64,000 bases of DNA from Camelus dromedarius (GCF_036321535.1 NC_087436.1:120158001-120222000), one strand, 5' to 3'; shown: positions 1 through 14,472, counted from the stretch's first letter. The notes: generated by a model not told the origin, from the sequence alone. Made by a program: numbers and translations.

Positions 1-131
1 TAAAAGTTCTGGAGGTGAGGTGGTGGTGATGGTTGCAGTACAATGTGAATGGACTTAATGACACTGAATTGTGTACACAGAAGGGTTTAAAACAGTAAAA
101 TTTATGCTACGTATCTTTCACCACCATAAAA
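1..131 (+). mobile_element. L1MB/MC-type LINE-1 3' end
   Basis: ggtggtgatggttgcagtacaatgtgaat...actgaattgt...taaaatttatgc motif, similar to the L1 end at 10260-10370. Confidence 0.8.
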
Positions 132-489
132 ACAGTATCAACCATGTCCCAAAAAGGGCTGCTAAAAGCTATAAGCAAAAATGTTTAAGATGTTTACGGG
201 TCTATGTTAAACTCACAGTACCCATCCTCCCTCCTGATTCGTATACTCTATTATTAAATGCTTCTCTTGTAGCCAAATTATATTATCCTGCAGGATTCCA
301 CCTGGGTTCCACCTACAGCATCAAAATATCTGAAGAGAACCAAAGACTGCCATCTGTCCCAACTCATCCTAAGCCCGAGCTTCCCTTACAGAGTTCCCGC
401 TGAGGTTTTGTGTAGGTCCCTCCAGGCCGGGTCCCTGCCTGGCCTGTACCCCCAGCTCAGAAAGCAGCCCCCTTAACCATTAGGTGGAC

Positions 490-975
490 TCTTGGCAGCC
501 GTATGTGCACAACCAGGCCCTGCAGGCCACCCCCCGCTCCCACGTCATAATTAATTGGACCACCTTAACCCAAGCTGGTCAATCAGATTCTCTCTCCTGT
601 ATACACTGCCTGGAACCAGGAATGCTCAGTCAGTTGAGAGCTCTTGACCAGAAGACACGTGAACTCAGGAGCTACGGAGCCACCATGTTTAGGCACGTGT
701 GTGCCAGTGGGTGAAAGTCACTAATGGAGAAAGAAAGAATAAAGTGAACACCCGGCGCACACAGAGATACACCCAGAGGGGAGCGGGGAAGCATCAGACA
801 GACAGGGCACTGAGCAGACTCCTGAGACCTTCTTGGACTTTTTTCAGTTGCCTGTGAAACCGGGCCGCACTTGAGTTCCACAAGATACCTGCATCCTTCT
901 AATAAGTTTTCATTTCATTGTTTATTAAGCTACAGTGTGGTTTTCGCCTGAAACTGCAACCAAAAGATAGATTCT
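490..975 (+). mobile_element. Old MaLR LTR (MLT1J/K/L-like)
   Basis: acccaagctggtcaatcagattctctctcctg near the start and a ...tgcaaccaaaaga end motif. Confidence 0.6.
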
Positions 976-1494
976 CAAAGCGAAGCTCTTTGCACCTCAG
1001 ACTGCAAAACATCCTCAAATTAGAGAGTTGTCATTGCTAGACAGGTCCCCCCTTTCCAGAATTTGCACAGACTAAACAAACCACATTTTACCTTAACAGT
1101 CCCTTCAAACTCATGCCTAGACTCACATCCCCTCTCTCCCAGCCTTCCCTAAGTCAATATCCCCAACAGGCTCCTCCCTACTAAAGTCTGAAATTACTGA
1201 ATTCATTCATCTCATACCAGCTGTACTGATAACTGGGGGCTTAGTGACCTTAAGGTTTCTTTTTGCTTTTGTCTTTTTCTCAAAATAGCTAGTCAGCTGG
1301 TTAAGGGCAGGCACAAGGCTCTGCTGGTCTCTGACAGCTTCTAGCGCCTAGAGAACCTGTTACATAAAAGGCGTTGTCTAGGCATCTACACATGACACTA
1401 TCTAATCCTCAAAATAATGCTGCGTAGACACAGTCGTCCCCATGTATGGGGGAATAAGAAGCCAGGGCCAGTTTGTTTGCTTTTCTTTAAGCAA

Positions 1495-1760
1495 ATCCTT
1501 ACACAGCAGTCAGAAGCATCAGGCACTGTTCCAGTCCCTTTACACGTATGACTTCATGTGTGTTCCCAACAACCCTATGAGGTAGAAGCTGGTCTTGTGC
1601 CCATTTTACAGGTGAAGAAACTGAGGCTCAGAGAGGTTGCCTACGGTTACTAAGTGAGCAAGTGGCTAAGTCTCTCCAGTTAATCAGTTGCTCACAGCCA
1701 TCCCGCTAGAACATAACAAAGAATCTGAACACAGATCTGAGTCCAAAGGCCCTGCTTTGA
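1495..1760 (-). mobile_element. MIR SINE
   Basis: caacaaccctatgaggtag...cccattttacaggtgaagaaactgaggctcagagagg core. Confidence 0.8.
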
Positions 1761-2719
1761 CCATTTTATGATAATTACTCCATGGATTATTTTCTGAGAT
1801 AAGCCTGGCCTGGTGAGTGGCTGTGGCCAATTTTTTTTATGGGCAATAGAATGGTCAAATAAAACTAAGAACACTGGTCCCAGAAAAAATGAGGAAGATG
1901 AACAGGAAGTTTCTCCAGAGCCTACATCGTGCCTCCGAGAGCATTATGACCGTGTGCTGAGCTGTCCAGCTCCCCCATTGGACTGCCAATCCTGGTGTGA
2001 GGGACAGCTTTGTGGACATTGCTGGGTTCCTTCTGGTGCCCCACAGTATTCAACACTAACCATGGACTCAGCAAAAGCACGTTGAGGGAAAGGGGACCAC
2101 CTCCCACAGCTCCCAGACAGGACGTCCAAAGGGTCCCCCTGGATGCCAAAGCAAGGAAGGAAGGAGAAGTTCTTGCAATCAATTTTCAGATTAACACTCT
2201 TACTATGAACATAGCTTTTCTCTTAAGATCTAAGGGTGGTCACCCACCAGAGCCCTAGGGATTTGCATATAAACGAAGCTCTTAGGAAACACCTACACCT
2301 AAGCAGAGTGTAGCATCATACAACTCAAGTCTGCAGGGCTTCCAGAAGGTCTGGGGAGCCCTCCGGAGCCATCGCGCTTCCTTACCACCTGTGAGCCGGC
2401 TCTCTGTAGGTCGGGCAAGCGATCAGAGGCCAGGCATTCAGCGTTTCCCTGGATGTATCCTGAACGGCCTTCTCCGTGTGCTCCCCAGGACCACCTGCCC
2501 AGTATCCAACTCTTCCACTGCCTGACCCACGCTCTCTCCTTCCGGCCGGAGGGGCTGCTTCTCCAGGGCCGAGTAAGACCTGCCCACCCATCTCTATTCC
2601 TCCCCGCCGCCAGCCAAGGCCGCCGTCACCACACAGGCTTTTCTACTTTCCCGGCAAAGCATTGTAGCCGCTGCAGCTCCTCACAGCTGTTTCCTGGAGT
2701 CCAGCCACCCCAAGTGCGC

Positions 2720-2935
2720 ACCACGTGCCAGGCAATACGGGAGTGCCGCACGCACATCATGACTGACCTTCCCAGTAACCCTCGAGACAGGCACTATTTT
2801 CACCATTTGACAGATGGAGAAAGTGAGACTACGAAAGGTTACGTCCTTGCCTAAGGCCACATACTTAAAAATAACCAGAGTGGGAACCGTAACCAGGTCT
2901 GCTCGATTTCAACGTCTCTGCCTCTTGCACCATCA
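2720..2935 (-). mobile_element. MIR SINE
   Basis: ccatttgacagatggagaaagtgag...ttgcctaaggccaca core. Confidence 0.7.
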
Positions 2936-5039
2936 CACTGCCTTTAAATTCTGCTCATGGAGGAAGAGGATGTTAATTCCTCACCATCTATGTTCAGATC
3001 ACCTACTTCCCATGACACGGACAGGCTGTCCACACAACTATATCCTTCAAGGCCACTGCTCAAATGGTGCTTCACATCCCTACTGACAGTCCTGCATAAA
3101 AAACAGCATCTCACAACTGGAAAACAGCTGTAGATAACTCACCCAACTCTCTCAACTTACAGATGGGGAAACGGAGGCGCGGAGAATCAGAGACCTACCC
3201 GAGGGCATGGTCTATCGCACCTCTCCCATTGGTACACTACGAACACAGGCCAAAGGGATTTGCATTCAGAATAACAAGTAGTTATATTCGGACATACGAA
3301 ATATTTTTGAGTGTATTATCTCACTTGATCCCCACAAGCACATTATCTTTGAGATTCAGAAATGCAAAGGGGCCGTGCACGTCAGCCAGCTGCGCAGGGA
3401 CACACCCGAACCAAGGCTTCCTCCTCTGCTCAGCGCCCCGACCTGACGTCTGTTCGCCTGCTCCAGACAGAGCAGCAAAGTCACTGAACACAGACTGGGA
3501 GCAGGACACGGAAATAAATCGCTAACTTTCAGAAAAAAATATGTTTTCCCAAATGCCCACACCACACACAGATCTGGCCACAGAAGCTGCAATTCCCAAA
3601 GCAACAAGGAAAGCACCGGAGGCACTGCTGGACACACGCCACGCACTGAGAGGCGCGGCTCCCTCGGCCTCGCAAGAGGCTTCCTGGTCGGCGGCTCTGC
3701 TCTCGCCGACCTGCCGAGGGCTGTCTTCCCTGGATCCAAATAAAGGGGGAAGAAGTGAGTACAGAGTAGATGGGGCTGCAGACAGAGAACTCAAGAGAAC
3801 ACACAGTCTTATGTGGCCAACCCTCTGCCACTTCAGGTAAATCCCTATGCAGGTGTGCCAGCCAGTTGACTTATTTTGACATTAAAAAAATGGGTGGTGA
3901 TTTCTGGGACCAAGAAGCCACTTCACAGGAATCGTGCTCACTGTAACGCCTCAGTCACAGAATGTGAAAGTTAAAAGGGACCCCGAGTCCCCGAGTGCCT
4001 TTATTTCCTGCGGGAGGGGACTGAGGCCCCGAGAGCAAGGGACCTGCTGTCGCGCGGCGTCTGGTACAAGAGCCGGAATCAGGAGCCAGCGACCTGCCAC
4101 TGGGTGGCATGCCTGTTATGCAGGGAACTGCTGACCTGACGCAGCTCCTCTGGAGCGAGGACAGAATCCCTAGGCCCTCCTGCGGTTTCTCAGGATGCTA
4201 AACCACTCTGCGTGAACACATCCGACAAACAGCAAGAAAAAATCCTACTATAATTGGCTCTAAGGAAATACAGGTAATTACCCTGAGATGTCCTGCCTCA
4301 ATTTTGGAAAAGGCAGGGACAAGGTCATGTATTCATGTCACTCCATGTGCACATGTGTGGCCCCTGCGTGTTCTCCTCAGTCCCCAGGCTTTGGTCATGT
4401 GTAAAACACCGAGTGCTGTTTGCATTCTCAGTTACAGCCAAGTGACTTCACAGAGCCAGGATGGCTGCTGGCGGTCTGTTTATTTCATATGTTTAACCAA
4501 GATGCTTCCCAAACAGCTCTTGCCTTCAAACTTCTAACCTCGTGCAGAAGCTCCCAGAAACTCCACCTGACTAATTCCACTACCTAGTCTCTATCCCCCC
4601 ACCCACTCCCCAGGGCTCCCCACAGACCACCCAGCTCCAGCTGACCCCCAACTTGCCAGCCTCCACCTGGCCTTCTCACTTGCAGTCCCTTGGCAGCTCC
4701 TGTCCACCTCAGCCAGGCTGCCTTCCCTGCCAGGCACCCCAACCGGGATCACCTCCCTGACTCTCCTCACCCCTCCACCTCGCACCCCAAATGCAGCCAG
4801 TCTTCCCAGTTGTGTGAGCTTGGAAAAGCGGGTAGCTCTCCCAAATTCTGTCCTCCTTAAAATGAGATGATTATTGTGTACGTCAGTATTGTAGTGAGGA
4901 TGCAATGAGCTGATACACACAGTGGCAAGCGTTTTGCAGACAGCAGCTATTACCATTACTTTAGCACATGCTCGTCTTCTTAGAACTTCACTTTAAGGCT
5001 TAGGATCCGTAAAAACGGCAAGTGGACACAACCCACAGA

Positions 5040-7148
5040 CTTCTTATCTTCTAAAACTATGAAGTCCTTAAATACCTACTCCCAACTCAAGAAAAGTCAT
5101 GAAAGACTATTCTGTACAACTCTATGCAAATACACTTGAAACTAGGTAAAATAGATAATTTCACAGAAAAGAATACAATTTACCAAACAGTTATAGAAAG
5201 CTTACGCAGGCCAATTTCATAGAGAAAGCAAAGAAAGTTAACAAAAATTATCCTCACCAAAAAAGCACCAGACCCAGATGGTTTTACAGGGGAATTGTGC
5301 CAAATTTTAAACATCAAGGCTACTCCATAAATTACTCCAGAGAACAGAAACAGATACGCAATTTTCCAATTCTTTCTTTTTTACAAGTAGGTATTAAAAT
5401 GATGCCTAAACCTGACAGAGACAGCACAAAAAGAAAACCAAAGGCCAATCTTACTTACAAGTATCAATGCAAAAATTCTAAATAAAATACTAGCAAACAG
5501 AAACCAACACAAGTTGTTAATACACACATGACCACATGAAGCTCATCCCAGGAAGGCAAGGATGACTCAAAACATAAGAAAATCTACTAATTCACCATAC
5601 TAATAGATCTAATGTGAAGATCATATGATTCTCCCCACAAATGATGAAAAAGCCTTCCAGAAAACTCAGTACCCATTCCCAACATTTTTAGGGCAATAAA
5701 ATGGGAATTGATGCACACTTCTTTAGTTTGATGAAATACATGCACTGTTACAGGCTGAATGCTTGTGTCCCCTCTGCCAATTCTGTTGAAACCTAACCCC
5801 CAACATGATGGTGTTAGGAGGTGGGGCCTTTGGGAGGTGATCAGGACATGAAGGTGGAGCCCCATGAATAGGATTTGTGCCCTTACAAAAGAGGCCCAAG
5901 AAAGTGTGCTCGCTCCCTCTACCGTGTGAGGATATACTGAAAAGTCAACCATCTGCAACCCAGAAAGGACCTTCAGCAGAACCTGACCTTGGCCATCCAA
6001 CCTCTAAAATTATGAGAAACACATTTCTGTCGTTTATAAGCCACCCTGTTTGTGGTATTTGGTTACAGCAGCCCAAACAAAGGCATTAACATAAAACAAA
6101 AACAGCATCTTAATGACGAAACACTTTAGGCCTTCCCAGAAAGGTCACAAACAAGTCAAGGAAGCCCATTTTCTCTACCACTATGAACGCTGCATTGGCA
6201 GCGTCAGCCATGGCGATTAGAAACTTAAGAGTAGAAAAGAAAATAATCTCTATTTGCAGCGATATGAAAAAATACCTAGAAAACCCAAGAGATCAATGAC
6301 TAAACTACCATAAAAATTTAATTATGTAGGATATACAAAAACTACTGCTTTTGCATTTGGTTTTTATACCAAACAATAAACAGTTGGAAGATACAATGGA
6401 AGAGAAAATTCCATTTAAAAAAGCAATTTAAAAAGTAAAATGTTTAAAATAATTTAGAAAGAAATGTGTAAAACTTACATAAGAAACATTTTAAGACACT
6501 CATGAAAGACAAAGAGGTAAACTTGAACAAACAGAAAATGCTCCTTGCCTTTGGACAGAACAACTTAATGTCAGAAAAATGTCAGCTCTCTCCAAGTTAA
6601 CAGGCATGTTTAATGCAAGCCCAATGCAAGCGCAATAAATATACAACAAATTTTATTTTGTGTCTCAAACTAGACAAACTGATTCTAAGGTTCATAGGGA
6701 AAAATAAGGGATATGTAAGGGCAACAAAGTAATGTAAAGGTTCCATCACTTAAATGGTCTAATAATGACACATAAACTCCCAGTCAGATAAGAGGACAGA
6801 AGAGAAAGTCCAGAAGTAGACCCAAATAAATGTAGAAATATAGCCTATGATACAGACAGAGTCTCAAATCAATGGGAAAAGATGGACCTCTTAATAATTG
6901 CGGTCAGGACTACTGGGTAGCCATTTGGGGTAGGGAGGAGATAAAATTAAATACTTACATCATACACCAGAAAAAACTACAAAGATACTTGAGAATCTAA
7001 ATGTGAAGAAACGAAACCTTTCAAATCCTAGAAAAAATAGTAGGCAAATTCCTTTATACCCTTGGTATGGGAAAAGATTTTCTAACCATGACGCAAAATC
7101 AGATGTAAAAGAAAAGACTAACCGATGAGACGATGTGAAAATAAAAGA
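5040..7148 (+). mobile_element. Decayed LINE-1 ORF2 fragment, interrupted by an MLT1A LTR
   Basis: RT-region motif aaagcaccagacccagatggttttacaggggaatt; tctctatttgcagcgatatg (the FADDM region). A-rich with many stop codons. Confidence 0.85.
5746..6085 (+). mobile_element. MLT1A-like MaLR solo LTR nested in L1
   Basis: tgttacaggctgaatg...ggaggtggggcctttgggaggtgat...tttataagccaccc...gttacagcagccc. Confidence 0.88.
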
Positions 7149-8956
7149 AGGAGCTCGTAGGATAAGGATGAACTACAGACTTCATCTCCTCAGCGGCCCT
7201 GCACAGAACTCATATGGACAGTGCGCCCCATAAACTCCTGGGGGGGCAACTGAGAAGTCCTAGCCCACCAAGCAGCCGCTCTTCACACTGACTGTCTCCA
7301 GAGGTGGGGGCCCCCTCCTCAAACACAGGCAGGACCCTGGAGAGGTGGCTTCCCGAAACGCCGTCTCATCCCCTCACTGAGGACCACTGGGCTACACCTG
7401 AGGCTCCTGAGAACATTGCCCTTGTCCCCTGCAGTCTTCTTTTCAATGACTTTCCTGACCTTGTATCAGACTCTTAACTAGCCCTGCTTCTTCCAGACCC
7501 ACCTCTTCCCACTCCCCGCCTGCAGCTCTTCTGAGTGACTCAGTTTCCTGCAGACATCAGCCCTGAGCAGCCCTGTCTCGCCCCTAACACGCACCCCTCC
7601 CTGCACACCTCTTACCTATTTACCCTTCGAGACCCCAGCCCACCCGCATCGCAGTTCTCGCATCACGCTGTAATCATGGGTGAGTGTCTCTCCCTCCACA
7701 AGTCGGCAGGTAGTCTCAAGTAAGGGACCACCTTTGACTTCTCTCTGTCCCTAGAATGCTGAGCACATGCCTGACATGGAAACACAAGATAGATCAATTC
7801 ACTTGTTTGTTTCTAGATGTCCGTAGCAGACAAAATTCCTGAGCTTTGTTTTGAAGAGAAAGTTGCAGAGAAAAATACCACGGTCTGTCCTCTCACAGTT
7901 AGTAACCGTGTCTCCTGTGATATTCTTAGAACATGCGCGTCAAAAGTGCCAAGAGAGTGGTTCTGACCAGTCCATTTTCTCAAACAGCTGGATCGTCACC
8001 TGATCAGCACCCTTCTCTGCTGAGACTGCGGGGACCCCATTCACAAGTGGCTTAGGGGAGACAGAACCCGTGTGGCACCGAAGCAAAGGGGCCAGTACTC
8101 AGGCACAGCACTTGCATATTTTCCCTTATAGGGTTACAGTTAAGACGCTCCCAGATACTTCCCCAGGCCTCTGCAGATAGCCTGCGCGGGCTGCCTAAAG
8201 GCTGGTCTGAGAAATCTCAGAAAAACCAGCAGAGCTTTAGATGCTGCCTGCTTGGAAAGTTTCCCTCAGCTAGACTACGTCTAAAACTCCTTAAAACTCC
8301 AGATGACTGTTATTTGAATCACCCGATGATGACTCTGAGTCCCGACCACTGGACTTCTTTGATTTCCCCTGCCCTCACCTCTAACGTGAGGATCCTAACA
8401 GTTCTGTGCCCAGAAGACAGAGATTCCAGAAACCGCTGTGACAAAAAGCCTCTGATTCAGGGAAGTCAATCAGTGCTAGTTTAATTTGAATTTGAAAAGA
8501 CAGAGTAAACAAGGTCTCTACTTATCCTGGGGTCTGAACGGAACTTACAACAATCACGCCTTGGTTTCGGCATGGACTCTGAATCTTTAAAAGACGTATC
8601 AATATCCCGAAGGAAAGTCTGTATTTGTGCGTATATAAATATTCTGAGTCCTTACACAGAGCCAGCAAGAAGTCCCCAAAGGAACCGGTATAAAAATCCA
8701 CAGAACACATTCTTTCTGGAAATTATCGTGGTTCTTAAAGGTCAGATTAACACACGGATGGATAAGGTGAGCCTTAATAGAAGTACCCTGCTATTGTTCT
8801 CTAGGAAGCGAGAGACGAAGTCTAGATCTGGACGTGTTTTTTATTAGTCACAATAATATGTGCAACCTGACAAAACAGCACAGGACCCAGACTTCCTGCT
8901 TCTGAGGCTGGTATAAGGAAACCTGACACAAACCAAGCTAGTCGCTAGCAATAAAT

Positions 8957-9250
8957 TTTTTTTTAATTGAAGTATAGTCAGTCACAATGTGTCCATTTCT
9001 GGTGTACAGCATAATGTTTCAGGCATACATATATTTGTTTTCATATTCTTTTTCATTATAGGTTACTATAAGATATTAAATATAGTTCCCTATACTATAC
9101 AGTAGAAACTTGTTGTTTATCAATTTTTATATATAGTAGTTAATATTCGAAAATCTCGAACCCTCAATTTATTCCTCCCCACCCACTTTACCCCCAGTAA
9201 TCATAAGACTGTTTACTATGTCTGTGAGTCTGTTTTTGTTTTGTAGATGA
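8957..9250 (-). mobile_element. Artiodactyl/camelid L1 3' end
   Basis: Poly(T), then aattgaagtatagtcag...tatagttccctatactatacag. Degenerate TSD agcaataaatttt / agtaataatttt. Confidence 0.85.
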
Positions 9251-9904
9251 GTAATAATTTTAAATATGATATTAAGAGCATATACTTTATTCCACTTACA
9301 CCAACCAGTTCAATTTAATTCAGTAATAAGTTGTTAAATGTGACCACATTTAAGACACTATACTCAGTATCTTCAAAGGCCCGTCTCTGACACCCAGCGC
9401 TTCACGATCTAGAGCTGGATAGACACTGGGACTCACAGAACTATTATTCTACGGCAGACAGAGTCACAGGCTTTCAGAAGCAGTGGCATTGATGGGGCTC
9501 CGTTTCTGAAAAGATGATCTGTCTGGCAACAGCACTAAGGATGAACTGGTGTCCTGAGAGGCTGGAGCAGGAAGAGGCATTGACTCAGTCACGACAACAG
9601 GAGGCATGCAGCAATAGGAGGATGGGAAAGAAAAATGCAAATTTCTGCTCTATTTATTGTAAAATATCTTAAATATGTACTAAAAAAACTTGCAAAAATA
9701 CCTGAGGACCTAACTGTGGGGTATACAACCAAAACAGATATGATCTTACATTCACATTAGACAAATAGTATGCAAATAAATAAAAACAGCCAGAAATTGC
9801 AATGGATACTATGAGAAAAGTATTCACCAACAATTTTATGTCAAAGCTTCTAGCTCCAAATCCCTACTTCATCTCTGAGGTCTTCTGCTTTTAAGAACAG
9901 TTCT

Positions 9905-10379
9905 GTATTCACAAGAGCCAAAAGGTGGAAATAACACAAGTGTCCATGGATAGATGAAGGAATAAATGAAATGAGACCCATCCACACAATGAAATAAGAT
10001 TCAGCCTTAAAAAGGAAGGAAGTTCTGACACCTGCTACGACATGGGTGGACCTTGCGGACATCATGCTAGGTTAAATACGCCAGACACAAAGGGACAAAT
10101 GCTGTAGGATTCCACTTCTGTGAGGTCCCCAGAGCGGTCAGACTCCTAGAGACAGAAAGTAGAATGGTGGGTGCCTGGGGCTGGGGGAGGGGAGAGGGGC
10201 TTGTTGTTTAATGGGGACAGTTTCAGTTTAGGAAGATGCAAAAGTCCCAGAGACTGATGGGGGTGATGGTTGCATAACAATATGAATGTATTTAATGCCA
10301 CTGAACTGTATACTTCAAAATGGTTAAAATGGTAAATTTTATATTATATATATTTTACCAAAATTAAAAAACAAAAAAA
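9905..10379 (+). mobile_element. L1MB-type 3' UTR
   Basis: gagacagaaagtagaatggtgg...ggtgatggttgcataacaatatgaatg...aaaatggttaaaatggtaaatttt, then an A tail. Degenerate TSD aagaacagttct / aagaacggctta. Confidence 0.9.
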
Positions 10380-10769
10380 GAACGGCTTATAAACACACAA
10401 GGGCTCCCAAGCACCCACTGAATAGTTTCAACCTTGTTCAGCAGCAGACCTGTTGTCAGCCTGGCCCCAACGTCCTTACAAGCTCATCACCTGCCTCACT
10501 CCCCTCTCGTGTTTCAGCATGGCCTCGTCCAGCTACTACTTGTTTTCAGAACATTCCTCGTGTTCCTGCCTGACCTTAGTGTGCAGTTTATGAAACACGC
10601 TTGCCCCAGCACGCATCTTCTCTGCCAGCCAAGATCTCCCCAGGTGTAACCAATGCCACCTCCTCTGCAGGGTGTTCCCAAAGCAACTCATTGGAGAGCG
10701 GTGCCCCTCGTCTGTCTACTTATTTGTCAATTTCTCTACAAAACAGTAAACTCCTTAACTAGCACGGGA

Positions 10770-12255
10770 CAACTGAAAAGTGAAAGAAAGAAAAAAAGCC
10801 AGTACTATTTATAATAACATCAAAATATATGAAATACTTAAGGATAAATTTAACAAAATACGTGAAAGGCCTATAAACTGACAACTATGATTGCAGACAA
10901 AATTTAGTGAAGATCTAAATACCATAGTTATCGATTGTGAGGTTCTCCCCCAAAAGTCATCTTATAGATTCAACACAGTCCCAGTCAAGATGACAGCAGT
11001 ACTTTTTTTTTTTTTTTTGGCAAAACTGCATTGACAGGCTGATCATAAAATATATGAAGATGAAACAAATAAGAATGTCCAGATGCTGAGGAGAAAAAAG
11101 AACAATGTTGGAGGGCCCAAATCACCTAGTTTCTGAGGCTCAGAACCACCCACGATGACCCACCCAGTGCGGCGCTGGCGCCAGGACAATGGGTGAGACA
11201 AAGTCCTGGAATAACCCCACACAGACGGCCAACTGTGGACGGAGCCGCCAGTTCCACAGGACCTTTACAGCCGGAGCAGCCGGCGCTGAACGAGAGGACT
11301 TCGACGTGGGGAAGACCGGACTCACCCCTTGAACCAAAACCACAACCAAAAATTTACTCCAGTGCACCAGAGACCTAGATATAAAAAGTAAAACTATAAA
11401 ATGTCTAGCAGAAAACATAGGAGAAATTATTAATGACTGTGGAATAGGCCAAGATTTCTTAGGACACCAAAAGCACTAACATAAAAGAAAAATTAATCAA
11501 CTGGACTGTTTGAAAGAAATTGTTAAGCAAATGGGAAGAAAATATTTGTAATGCACGTGTCCGACAGCCCTTACACCCGTAGGCACACGGAACACTGAGA
11601 ATACAGACAACCAAACAGAACCAGGCGAGGGAGCTACGCACATTTCACCCACAAAGGAGACACAAGTGGCCAATAAGCACATCAGAAGGTGGTAATACCA
11701 CTAATCATCAAGCTGACGCAACGTTAAATGATGAGCTACGCCTATACACCCCCCAGAATGACCAGAACTTACGAGGCTACTAATACCAGGCCCTGGCAAG
11801 CTGTCCAGCAACAGAACACTCACGCTCTCCTGGTGGGAGTCCACGCGGTACAACCACTTCAGAGAAGAGCGTGGCAGCTTCTCATAAAGTTAGACAACAT
11901 TTACCGTGTGACCCAGCAACCCCCCTCTTAGGCATCGACCCAAGAGAAAGTATCGCATGTGTCCTCACAAAACCACTAGCAGCTTTACTCATAATAACCA
12001 AAAACTGCACACAACCTGAGCAACCAGTAACAAACACACGGGTAACAAACTATGAATATACAATGGTATATTTCTTGGCAATAAAAAGAAACAAACTACC
12101 CAATGCATAACTTAGATGAACCTCAAAAACAAAAATCTAAGTGAAAGAAGCTAAACACACAAAAAGGCATACTTAGAAGATCCCATTTTTATGAAATTCT
12201 AGAACCAGCCGAACTAATCTGCAGTAACAGAAAGCAGACGAGTGGTTGCCTTGTC
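10770..12255 (+). mobile_element. Old LINE-1 (ORF2 3' part and 3' UTR)
   Basis: aaatacttaaggataaatttaacaaaa; aaaactataaaatgtctagcagaaaacataggagaaa; taagtgaaagaagc. Confidence 0.85.
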
Positions 12256-14472
12256 TGGGCGGCGAGGGACCTGCTCCTCTGTCTTCATGGACTGGGACTC
12301 TGGGCTGAAGACAGGCACGTTAGAGGTAGAGAATTAAGAGTCAGAGAAAAGACCCTAACTAGTCAAGCGAAGTAAAGTCAACAGAAAACACTCAGCACAT
12401 TTTATTTGTTAATGCTTGACAGGTAGAATCTTAAGAAAATCGAGGTAAATGGAATTTTCAGAAAAGATTCTCTCCGCCAAGAGCAGTAAACCGGGAGCAA
12501 GAGCGCTGGCGCTGGCCTGGCCCAGCACAGGGAGGGCCACTTCTGCTTTCGCGAGGAGGAAAGCAGGGCTCCCAACCTCAGGCAGACCCAGAAGGCTCTA
12601 ATGAACTGACTTCTCTTCATTACCATAAAGCTGTATTGTATTTTTATTCATGAATGAGTTTTTCTTCACAGCAGAGGAAGAAGCAAAAACAAACAAAAGG
12701 GAGAGAAAAGGAAGACTGAATTTATAAACATAGTCTCATTAGAACAACCGGCTTTGTGCTCATGGTATTGGTGAGGTAGACAAAGTCCAGGGAGGCTCAC
12801 AGCCCACGTGGCTGGGAGGGAAGACCAAACGTCAACCCAATCAGGTCTGCCTCCTTCCAGAGGCAACAAGACCCTGCTGAAGCCCCTCTGGTGAGCTGGG
12901 TCAAGGGGAGATGTCTGGCTACCTGAGTTCACAGTCCCTCTCCACCAAGCATGGAGACAGGCCACGAGCCGCCCCTGGGGCCCCCAAGACCTGGCCAAGG
13001 CAGGGACGACCAGGCAAGGTGCAAACAAAGGGAAGGAACTGCTTCCCAGGCCCCGCCCCCAGAGTCTCCCATCCTGCGTCCCTCCCGTGGAGAAATTTAC
13101 ACAGACACAGGGAGGGGCTGAAGCGCACCCTCTTTGCTCAGACCCCTGCCCTCCCGCTGACTCCGTTCTCTCCACGCGACAAAGGCTTCCACAGGAGGGC
13201 GATGCCTCAGGACGTATCCTGCCTGCTGCTCGGGGTTTGCAGGCGTAGACCCTGACACTCAAGGAGGAGCAGGGACTTTCAGGCCCAAGTCCAGCTGATG
13301 GCACGCGCGTGTCCGGCTGCTCAGACTGTGCACCTTCTGTGAGTTCACAGTGCCTGGCCCCCTGCCTCTAAAGCCCTTTGGGATGGTATTAGCTCAAGCA
13401 TTTGGGCCCCAAAGGGGCCCTGGCACCACCTCTAAATGGAGAAGCATCACTTAAAAAGACAATGAAGCTTTTCAACGTGGAATGAAAGATCACCCTGCCA
13501 GCCTGCACTGTGGCCACCAGCTGCCCAGTCTGCAGATGCCCAGAGTGACGACGGGGGCGGCAGGCTTTGCGGAGGAGGAAGCAGTGAGAGACTCCAGAGT
13601 GAAAAGGCTGCTCACAGACCTCTGCGCTCCCGGGGACGGGGGCGGGGGCGGGCCGGATCCCGGGAGGCGCTGCCAGCTGTAAGGTATCACGTTTCCAGTA
13701 ACTGAGACAACAGATATTTCCTATTAAACGCCATCAGTTCACACTGCCAACTAGATTATATGCATCTCTCCAGCCACTATTTTACTTGGATTAAAAAGCC
13801 CAACCTAATGAAGTCATCTGAAATGATACCCTTGGAGCTGGCGGGTAAAATGGAGGCAGAGGCTTCCTGGATGCTGACAACTGTACCTCGAAGACTTGAG
13901 ACCTTCCCAGCGAGCAAACCCCAGCCACCTACAGCTCCCCAAAACCATGTCATAACACCAAACAGAAATGGCGTCTCGACAGTCCTGAAGCTCGACTGTT
14001 ACAATTCATCTTAGCCAGCTGGGCTGAAATTGCAGACCGTCCATCAAAAGTGGAATGGGAGGAGGAGGTCACATGGGAGATGGGAATGGAAATACCCTCC
14101 TTGAGATGTCGGGGGCAGGAGGCGGCGGCCTGTGAAATAAAACAGATCACTTGCAACCAATGAGACTTTACACACCACCTGTCTAACTATCTTGCATCAC
14201 ACAGGGGACACTGAGGCAGAGAGATGGAGGGATGTGCCAGGTCACTGCCTCATTCTCCCAACCCGTCTACAACATTTATGCCACTCCGTTAGTGGGCCAT
14301 CACATCCCTCTTCAGTCGGGAAAATAACGTTCAATGATGACTCATAAGATGGCTGAGAAGACATAAAACTGCCGGCACGTCTACAGCTGATTACACTCTC
14401 AATATTAACAAGCTGAAGATAAAAGGGTCTTTTTACAGCTTCCTCTGACCTCCAGACTGGAGCACTGTACAC

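Noticed and set aside
12666..13304. 212-aa minus-strand ORF
   Set aside because: Non-ATG start, no recognisable homology, composition typical of translated intron.
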